Source: Octopus vulgaris (lineage: Eukaryota). Taken from it: a stretch of 64,000 bases of DNA. The position numbers and the translations under genes are program-made. The DNA lies in NCBI GenBank assembly GCA_951406725.2, contig OX597819.1:1674001-1738000 (forward strand), read 5' to 3'. Under the pieces are notes generated by a model that ran no database searches, was not told the origin of the DNA, and worked only from the letters and a program-made list of their open reading frames with translations. Below are positions 54,379 through 64,000 of this stretch, piece by piece (position 1 is the stretch's first letter; the number at the start of each line of letters is the position of its first letter).

Positions 54379-57300
54379 ATAGGCATAACTTTTCTGCAAA
54401 AAATCTTTCCGGATGAATCTCGTAAACAAAATGAAAGCATTCAATAAATAATTATCTAAAATTCTGACCACCTCCATTTCGTAATACATGAAATTTGTGT
54501 ACCATTTCAGAAAACCTATACACACTCGCAAACACACGCACACGTACATGCACATACACATACATGCACACACTGCACACACACAAATATATACATATAT
54601 GTATGTATACCCACACACATATATTGATAGGATCATGCATACTTATACACACGCGCATATGCATATATGTGTTATACCTTTGAAATCGCGAGCACTGCTG
54701 ATAAATTTAATCCAGTACAACCTAACAAAAAATAGAAAGTAGTCGTAATGCTTATGTATGACGTATTCTAAAAAGTGGAAATTAATAAAATGGTGAAACA
54801 AATATTATCGAGTGATTTTCAATTATAATTTGGGCTGTTTAATTTTAACCATTTGGATAATATGACGTGGGTATTTCTAAGAATGTCTGCAATAACCAAG
54901 CTTCTCTGAACGCTCGTTTAATCCTTTGTGTTATTGAAATAAGATCAATAATTTCTCATATAAACAATGTTTTCGATGCAGATTGAAACGGAAACTACCA
55001 TGTCCATAAGCCGAGACGTGACTGATAATCAACCATTGGATTTTAAATGCAATACATTTTGCTTTTTCAAGCACAAAATAGTTATGGAAAGAGCTGTGTT
55101 CATATATTCTTTCAGATTTCATAAATGTGTGAATAAGTTGATAAAATAAGTTGAAATAAAGTTAGAAAGGCGTTTTCCGTCAAGCTAATATAAGATCTGA
55201 AACAGTAGATTGTTGAATTCGGATTTAGCATCATAGATTAAAGCTTTCCAATGACAATTACTGTTAATTATTTTCACTGTATTTTAGGGATTAACCATTA
55301 AAATTTATTTGCCATGCACTGAATTTATTGTTTTTCATTGATATATATATATATATATGTGTGTGGTATTATTATTTCACATATATTTCCGTATTTATTT
55401 TCCGTAATTTTTCATATTTATTTTTATGCGGATGCATCATATGGCTCGATAACAAAGCATTCATACCGACAGTATTATTTTATTGTTGCCAAATATTAGT
55501 TTTCTTTCATCAGTTTCAATTTTCCAAACAACGATTCAAGCCTATAGCTTTAGCCAAAATCATACCTTCGATAATTTCTGTCTATTAAATAGTGTTTCTG
55601 ATGGCATTTAAAAAAGTGTATGCCCTACATATTTCAAATGTATGTTCTATTTTCCAAAATTGCCCGAAGATCGGCGACGAGGAACTTAGAATAATAATTT
55701 GTAAAGGCTGAACTTCCGATAAATTACACATATGCAGCCACACAACGCACAAACACACACATACACGATCACGCGCGCGCGTACTCACACATACATACAC
55801 ATGCACACATATACATATATTATAAATTTCATCATAATTAAATACTTGAAGTTCCAGTGCATTGTGTGCATTGCGTGCATGTGTCTACTTGTACGTGCTT
55901 TTGGGCGGGTGAATGTGAATGAGCACATGTGTGTGTCAATACATAATATAAATATATGTATATACTAGCGTAAATATAAATTTATACATGTGAATTTCAT
56001 ACATATGTGGGTACATATATGTAAATACCTAGGACATAAAGATGTATACGTATATACATATATGCGTATATATATATATTATATATTATATATTTATACA
56101 TACATATAACACATATAGATACACATATATAAATATAGCTATGTAGTATAGAAATTGTATGTATATATATATAACTTATGTGTGCGTGCGTGCGTGTTTG
56201 TGTGCGTGTCTGTGTGCAAAGGGGAAGCTACGAGAGAGGGAGCATATAAAACAAAGGACGAGAATAAAATGTTATCGAGGGTAGAAGATATAAATAGGGT
56301 GTTCCCAAATGCTGTAAATATCTCCTCCCACAATTTTCCTTTGAAATATCTACTCTCCATTTTCATATAGTTTCTTGCTCACAGTTTTTTTTTTACTACA
56401 AAAAAAGGCCTTCTATATATTTATTGATGATAGTCCACCTACTCTCTACATTGCCTTGCTTCATCTCTTTCATCCTTGTTTCTCGATCAATGATCCCATT
56501 TTCCATTAATATTTCTCTCTTTAACAACTAGAATGATGAAACTTAATGTACTAATTCAGATCTGCAGACGACTTGTCTAATATATAAGCGTGTTATAACA
56601 CGCATGATATTGTTATGAATAAAAAAATTATACTGGATGTATTGAGTTATGAATCATACTTCGAATTATGGATCGCTTCATCAATTGATTAGATATACCT
56701 AATATAGGTGTGCATGCCCGCGTGCGCGTGTGTGCGTGTGTGTATGTGTGAGTGTTGTGGGTGTGTGTGTGCGTGCCTACAGGCGATATTAATGCATTTA
56801 TGTAAACAGACACACACACACACACATATGCATGTGTGTATTTGCGTTTGTGTGTGCCCTTGTAAACGGAATTGTAGGGGTGCATGTCAATTCGCATTGA
56901 TTTACTTGTCTTTCCTTTCTACTCTGAACCCGGCTAACGCAAATCAATCTCCCTCTAGTTTTTACTCCATTGATCCAATCCATAACTCTTAGACTCCAGC
57001 TCTCTAGCGAATAATATATAATATACTTTAACAATTGCAGTGTACAAAGTAATATTTGTCCTATGACACTCATCGATCGTAGGACTATTCCTTTTAAAAT
57101 CACATAAATAATTTTGCCCCCACCTTTTAAAACCTTAATAATTTAATGAATTCTCATTGCCGTGCAGTATCTAGAAAGTACAAACAATCACTTAAATTAT
57201 TAGTTGATATTAAATAACTTATCAAGAGCTAACTCCTATACTGGCAAGAAAAAGCCATACAACTTGTACATCTGAAAGCTCAGCTTCTCTAACGCTCGCA

Positions 57301-57822
57301 AGCTTAATAAACATCCCTAAAGGAAACTTTTTTCTTCAAAGACAGATATTTATAAAGACTTGTAAGGGTTCTTTGTAAGTAGAGAAGACATTTGATTAGA
57401 TAAATATATTGCCGCTTTTTTAAAATTTCAATTTGATAATATAAATTCATCACGCTATCGCAATGTCTCCTTTGACACACTCTAAAACTCTTACAGTTAA
57501 AACGTATTTTCATTATATACAACTACTGCACCACATACACTGCTTAGCTTTTATTAAGACAAAAACAATACCATAATTTCCAAATATCTTTATAATCTAC
57601 TTAATTTACCTTTGTATTTACATTACAATAATTACCTATTTACCTCATTCAATTATTCTTGATTTATAAACTATTTTAGTCTGGTATTCAGTCTCATCTC
57701 AGTATTAATGTACATCTACAATTTATCTAATATTCCTAAATTCCTAACTCTGAGAATTTAGACAGTCTTAATCCCTTTGTTTCAGTTAGTATATTTTGCG
57801 TTCCCCTACTTCGTTTCATCTG

Positions 57823-57964
57823 TTTCATTTTCTCTCATAAATCAACTTTATTATCTCTCATAAATTTATTTCGTTTTCTCTCGTAAATTTATTTCATTTT
57901 CTCTCGCACATCTATTTTATTTTCTCTCATAATTCAATTTCATTTTCTCTCATAAATCTATTTC
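57823..57964. repeat. ~23-bp minisatellite x6 (tttcattttctctcataaatcta)
   Basis: Directly visible diverged tandem units. Confidence 0.85.
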
Positions 57965-58065
57965 TTTTTCTTTTTCTTTCATAAGTTGATCATTCTATTC
58001 CTTTAATGTAATCAACCGCCTCCTTTTACCTTAATTTACTTCATCTAATTTTATTTTGCTCTATT

Positions 58066-58146
<81 letters not shown>

Positions 58147-58459
58147 AGCTATTTATTTAATAACCTAACATAATAATTTTCAACTTAACATGTTCATTTA
58201 ACATGTTCATTAACTATAATTTTTTTGTCCTTCATTGTTTGAACGTAATTCAAATTAATTTAAATTTACCAACATTCCCATCTATTAACTATCACCGTGA
58301 GATTTCCTTCTCTTTTTAATTCAGCTAATGATTTTCTCATCAAATTCTTTTAAATTTCCATTGAGTGAAAAGAATACTAAAAACAAATTTATGTCTCAGA
58401 TATATAAGTCATTTACGAGGTAAGCTTTCACATGTTACCTCTTTATTATTACTCGGTAA

Positions 58460-58526
58460 ATTATTATTATTATTATTATTATTATTATGATTATTATTAT
58501 CATTATCATCATCAATATTTTTATTA

Positions 58527-58578
<52 letters not shown>

Positions 58579-58672
58579 CATCATCATCATCATCATCATC
58601 ATCCTCATCATCATCATCATCATCATCCTCATCATCATCATCATCATTATCATCATCATCATCATCATCGTT
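58460..58672. repeat. (TTA)n/(TCA)n compound trinucleotide repeat
   Basis: Directly visible. Confidence 0.95.
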
Positions 58673-58749
58673 ATTAACTGTTTTACTTAGTCCCCATACC
58701 TTTAAATGCATAATTATTTTAATTTGTTGACGGATACTAAAATCTTGTA

Positions 58750-59350
58750 ACTTTTTCGCCTTTAGATACCGATTAAGATGGTTCTTTAAATACTCTCTTT
58801 TACTCTTTATACTCTTTTATAAATATATATTTATTTATACTCTTTTATAAATATATTTATTTGTTTTGAAACTCACATATGTTTCTCGGTTCTATTTTCA
58901 AACACTTGTTTCTTAACAAATATCAGACGCGAAATAACCCAATTTCCCTTTATTTCACGGTTTTGAACCAGTATACAAAAGTTATTTTCCAATCAGTGAG
59001 TAACTTGTATATTTTTCCAAAATGTTTCGACCACTACATTCTGCAATTTCCTATATATCTTTTATTTTCTCGGCAGTCAGTACCAGCGGTCACTAAATTT
59101 CAACTTCTTCTTTCTCATTATTCTTCACTCTGCAAAAATGAGATACAGTTTCTTTCAAGATTTGCTACGCTTACTCATAAGTTGTGTTCGGATCGGTACT
59201 TTCTGCTTAAGTTATTTCTATATTGTTCCATATTTACAAAACCTTTTTGTAACAATTTCTGTGGCAAATATCAATTTGAAAAATAAAACGATTCATTTCG
59301 AATAAATAATTCAACTAAGCTTCCCAATTTTTGATACCGTCATTTTGATT
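58750..59350 (-). mobile_element. Possible old Tc1/mariner-superfamily remnant
   Basis: FVKKQVFENRPRNICEFQNK resembles LKxxVYxxxPxxIxELK; upstream VANLERNC is HTH-like. Confidence 0.35.
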
Positions 59351-59589
59351 ATGGACTAAAACAGTACTTATAAACTAGAATATATACATGCATACCTGAT
59401 ACATGTTCACGAACATTCATACACAAATACGAACATATATACTTATTGTGTGTGTGTGTGATGTGTGTGTGTGTGTGTGTATGTGTGTTTGTATAAACTT
59501 ATTAGCGACAGAATCCGTATTAATACCAAAAGGTAATATATATCCCCTCTTAAAAGTGAATGCTGTGTTAGATCACAGAATACTACGAT

Positions 59590-60380
59590 AGTTAACATGA
59601 GAGAATCGCTCATATGGGATGTCTGAAATTGGTCGTTAAACACATTAACCATAAAGATTGCCTCATCAACGGCGATCTACTAATACACAACCTTTTCGTC
59701 TCAGAAACATTAAGCTGCAGACGTTTCTGACAAAACTGAACAACAAGAGACCCTTAGAAGGTCTCAAAATATACATGAGAACAAAACAGATGCTCTCTAA
59801 AAACGTAGTATACGATGCAATTGAGGAAATATAAGAATATGCCTAGTTAGGAAATATATACCGAAATATATACCGAAATAGGAACGATGAAATATTGCGC
59901 CAAGTAAAGGGAGGATTAAAGGGAGGATTTGCGTGGATTAAATATGTGTTGAAAACACAGCTGGACAAGACGCTGGGTTCCAATCTTTCCAATACACACA
60001 CCTACTCGTACTCTTATTAAGAATGTGTGACGTGGGATATTACAAAGAATGAATAAGAATGGTTAATTACAATACATAGAGTCATACAAAGTTTCGTGCA
60101 AGCAATATCGTTGCTCATTAATATCCGAAACGATGTAATTGAAAAAAGAGAGGGGTGAACAAAACGATTGCAGAATAGCGAAAGCACAACTTTACCCGGA
60201 ACGGATATATCGTACAACTGACAGACAACAGGTGGACTAGTACAGTTGTGAATCGGTATTCGAAAGATTGGAAGATAACCCTCTAAAGATCTCCACCAAG
60301 ATAGGGAAAACGATATAATCAAGCAATTCGAACCTAAAGGTAGAAGAACGGAAACTCTGATGTTTCGGCAAATTTGATAA
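59590..60380 (+). mobile_element. Decayed RTE-clade LINE (RT C-terminus/thumb)
   Basis: IEEI.EYA.LG, NDEILRQVKGG..AW, ECVTWDITKNE.EWLITIHRVI (GxETWxLTK..L..QR); stops and frameshifts. Confidence 0.6.
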
Positions 60381-60663
60381 TCAGGTCGATTAAGAGAGAC
60401 AGATAAAACAAAGATATTGTTTCCTTGTTTATTTCTATGGAACTATAAAATGCAAAGAAGTGAATGTCGTTTTATATTTTCCCGCTTGTGGGTAAATACT
60501 TTGGGTCTTTGTTATGCTAGATTGTCGGTTCATATGCCACTTGCCACTGATCCGTTAAAAGAGTAAATTTTTAGACGGTCTGTATAGTGTCGGTATTTCT
60601 TTAAGCAGACTTATTCAGTTTTAGAGCAAGTCTACAAGTAGTTGAAATTGTCACTGCTTCTAT

Positions 60664-60684
<21 letters not shown>

Positions 60685-60695
<11 letters not shown>

Positions 60696-60939
60696 GAGGG
60701 CATTATACATACATGCCAGCGGGCATTATACATACATGCCACACGCATGGTTTATGTATGATACATTCAGGCCTGCTGATGAGTACGTAAGTATGAAATC
60801 ACTGTGATACAGGTCTATATTTTTAAATGTCTTACTTTGAAAAATTGCACTCAGTGGGATTAGTAATATTTTTGGTAGAAATGACTGATTGTCCCTCTTA
60901 GCGTGTGGCATGTATGTATAATGCCCTCTATATATAAAT
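60685..60939 (+). mobile_element. ~255-bp TIR-bounded non-coding mini-element carrying a hammerhead ribozyme
   Basis: 60901-60939 is the exact reverse complement of atttatatatagagggcattatacatacatgccacacgc. The left arm (60685-60746) has the same sequence with an internal 23-bp tandem duplication. It sits at the end of a (TA)n tract. Confidence 0.8.
60770..60815 (+). ncRNA. Type I hammerhead ribozyme
   Basis: Stem I GGCCUG/CAGGUC; CUGAUGA; stem II GUAC-GUAA-GUAU (GNRA loop); GAAA; stem III AUCAC-U-GUGAU; predicted cleavage after AUA (60809). Confidence 0.9.
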
Positions 60940-61059
60940 TAATATGTTCAATAAGAAATAATTATTTTCGAAATTTATTCTCTTATGAGGTTTTCACGCT
61001 ATCTACCTGACAATTTCTTGTTAAGTTTTCCTTATTAAGTAGTTGTCCTTAATTGCTAA

Positions 61060-61159
<100 letters not shown>

Positions 61160-61499
61160 ATAAATGCATTAATATTCTATTTCTTGATTTGCAATCTTCA
61201 CATCATATAAGAGATTTCATAGTCATATATCTTCATTCTGCGTGTAAGCATGTCAATGTATGCACAATTAAAAGTGCGTGTGTATGAATATCGTGCTGTA
61301 ACAACTGTATGATCCACACCCATACAGACACACATCTATATACACACACACACACATATAGGGATAACAAATAATAAAATTGATTAAGTTTGTGAAAATG
61401 AATATAAAATCTCGCTTTCTCGAATTTTTACATAAAGAAAGAAAAATAGATAAAAATGAAGAGGTTGATAGTGCACTTTAAATCAGTTGAGACTTTCAG

Positions 61500-62880
61500 C
61501 TTATTGAGGCTTTTCAAATCAGAAATGTTTTCACTTGGTCTGTATAGTGTTGGTATTTCTTTAAGCAGACTTATTCAATTTTAGGGCCAGTCTACAAGTA
61601 GTTGAAATTGTCACTGATTCTATTTACTGACTTGTAATTTTCATATCATATAATCTGGCGGGAATGTTGCCATAGTATGGTGTTTCTTCAGCTCCTTACT
61701 GATGCTTGCGGCTGATTTTTGAGCTTTCAACGATTTGTTCCTTAATTTTTGAGCGAGAAAAGTAATGAATTGAAAGGTAGCTTTGAGGGAAGAAAAAATA
61801 TGTCATACTGAAATTGAATGTGTTGAAAAACAGGTTTACATTTTCCTCGAGGTTTCTTTTATATAATCTAAAATGCGATGCACCTAATTACTTTGCTTTG
61901 TTAATCCTGCTCTTTATTAATATCCGGGGATATTTTAGTAGTTTCAAAACGGTCATTTATTGTTCGTAGTCATGTATTGGTCACTATTACGTACATGTAT
62001 GCAGCTGTGCAATATAGGGTGTTCCGTTTAATAAATGGTGAAAGACAAGAAATGACGCAAAGATTGGTATTTAACGGTCGGTCTTTTTACAAAATATGCC
62101 TGTTTCTATACTCCCTGATATCGCATAATTTTACGAAGTGTCTAAGAATACAGAATCTTTTTCATCGACTCCATACTGAATCTGATGGACACATGGAGAT
62201 TGTTTATGAGGTTAAGATATTATGTGACTCTTCCTTTCAACAAAAATACTAGTGGTGGAGAAGACGTTTAAATTTCTCAGACATTCGTTAAAGTTTTGGT
62301 TGAAAATCGTGTATATTTCATGAAATACCGTCTCTTTAAAGTATCCAGTTAAAAGATTTATATAAGACAGTGCAACTATTTGATCCGTTGTTACTTCTAA
62401 TCTGCCTATATGCTTTTCCATCCAAGTTGAAAGTGATTGTTTCCAATATTAGTTATAAAGCTTTGATGATGAAGTTTATCAAGTTTTTATGTTTAAGTAC
62501 CTACCATTCAGATACTATTTAAGTAACGTTTTATGTGTGGTATATCGGTATTAATGCTAGCTAAGTTAATATTAGCTTGTTAATATTAGTATAATTTAGG
62601 ACAGTTGATGGGAAATATTTCAAGAAATCCATGTTTTGTTATACATAACGCGGGGCCTTTCGGCATTCATAGTTAAGAATAAAATCTGAAAAGTAATTTA
62701 GGCGACGTAGCGATGATTGTGGTCTCGAAACTATCGATATCAGTTTTTGATCAGCTGGTCTCAGTGTTTCTATGCATTGATTATTTTGTTCATCTAAAGC
62801 TTTCTGTACAGCCAAGCTTTTATCAATATTTGGAAATCTGTAGTAATTCTTTCCGTCGATCTTGATGTTATATGTATCTA
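61500..62880 (-). mobile_element. Old Penelope-like element, RT domain and downstream linker (probably continuing at 60480-60664)
   Basis: YYRFPNIDKSLAVQKALDEQNNQCIETLRPADQKLISIVSRPQSSLRRLNYFSDFIL..PRYV.NMDFL; FIIKAL.LILETITFNLDGKAY; VALSYINLLTGYFKE; INNLHVSIRFSME..FLD; PTLYRPS(E/K)N. Confidence 0.8.
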
Positions 62881-63298
62881 TATCTGCATGTGTGTATATA
62901 TTTTGTTTGTAAGTGCGTATGTGTATACGCATGCATGTGTGTGTGTTTGTGTGTTTGTGTGTGTGTGTGTGTGTGAGTATGCATGCTCAATGTTCGCATA
63001 CATGCTTGCATGCAAACTTGCATATACGTATACGCAGTTGCATATGAAGTTATACAACCGAACTCAATATATCAAATATCGTATTTTCAATTTTCATTCA
63101 AACCATTTTTTACCTGTCACATGACTTCTTTGACTTGTGGCAACAGCCGACATGTGAGCCATCTTTCTATAAAACCAAATGTACTCGCTCTTTTTAGCAG
63201 GTATTGATTCTCGAGCACAAGCCAAGTAGATATAAATTCTTAAAGAACAACGCAACATTTCTTTTGTTTTCATTTACTTATGCATATATATACCATAT

Positions 63299-63329
<31 letters not shown>

Positions 63330-63620
63330 CGAATATATATACATATATATATATATACACACATACACATACGTCTGGAGGAGATGGGAGTTCGAGTACC
63401 ATGGGAAACCTTAGACTTTTTCTATCAAAATGGGTTTTCAACCCAATATTTTCATGCTATTCTTTATAGTTTTGTGCTTCGGGATAGATTCTAAATAGAA
63501 TTCTTTGACGTTTCATTGAATGTTTATCAACTTCTTATGACATCAACAAACACACACGCACATACACACACACACATGCACACACACACGCACACACACA
63601 AACACAACTAACTATCTATA

Positions 63621-63683
<63 letters not shown>

Positions 63684-63690
63684 ATATCTA

Positions 63691-63753
<63 letters not shown>

Positions 63754-63906
63754 AAGTAACTAACTATCTATTCATCTATCTATTTAGCGAATTAGACATC
63801 AAATATATTAAATATATTAAATTCATCAAATACAAAATATGTTATACATGCAGAACGAGAGAAAGTAAATGGTAAAAACTTTCCGATGATGCATTTATAC
63901 GTGTAA

Positions 63907-63962
<56 letters not shown>

Positions 63963-64000
63963 GTGTGTGTGTGTGTATATTCATGAATAGGTTCACCTTA

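Overview
AT-rich, microsatellite-dense eukaryotic DNA. The repeat content (tRNA-derived SINEs, (TA)n/(TAA)n/(CATA)n tracts) is what I recognise from Octopus/cephalopod genomes; this assignment is inferred. I find no intact protein-coding gene, and almost all listed ORFs are microsatellite read-throughs or transposon debris. The window is mostly decayed mobile elements: about 7 R4/Dong-type (RLE) non-LTR fragments, a ~550-bp non-coding element inserted five times into (TAA)n, at least five Penelope-like elements (PLEs; RT + GIY-YIG), a Tx1/L1 LINE, an RTE LINE, two mariner remnants, a Helitron helicase remnant and many SINEs. The most interesting signal is RNA-level: several type I hammerhead ribozyme (HHR) motifs. 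One lies in a PLE terminal repeat built as tRNA-like Pol III promoter + (AAT)n + minimal hammerhead (43885-45317). Another, nearly intact, lies inside a ~255-bp TIR-bounded mini-element (60685-60939). A ~500-bp fold-back palindrome centred on a possible decayed HHR core and a few weak candidate host (pseudo)exons are also reported.
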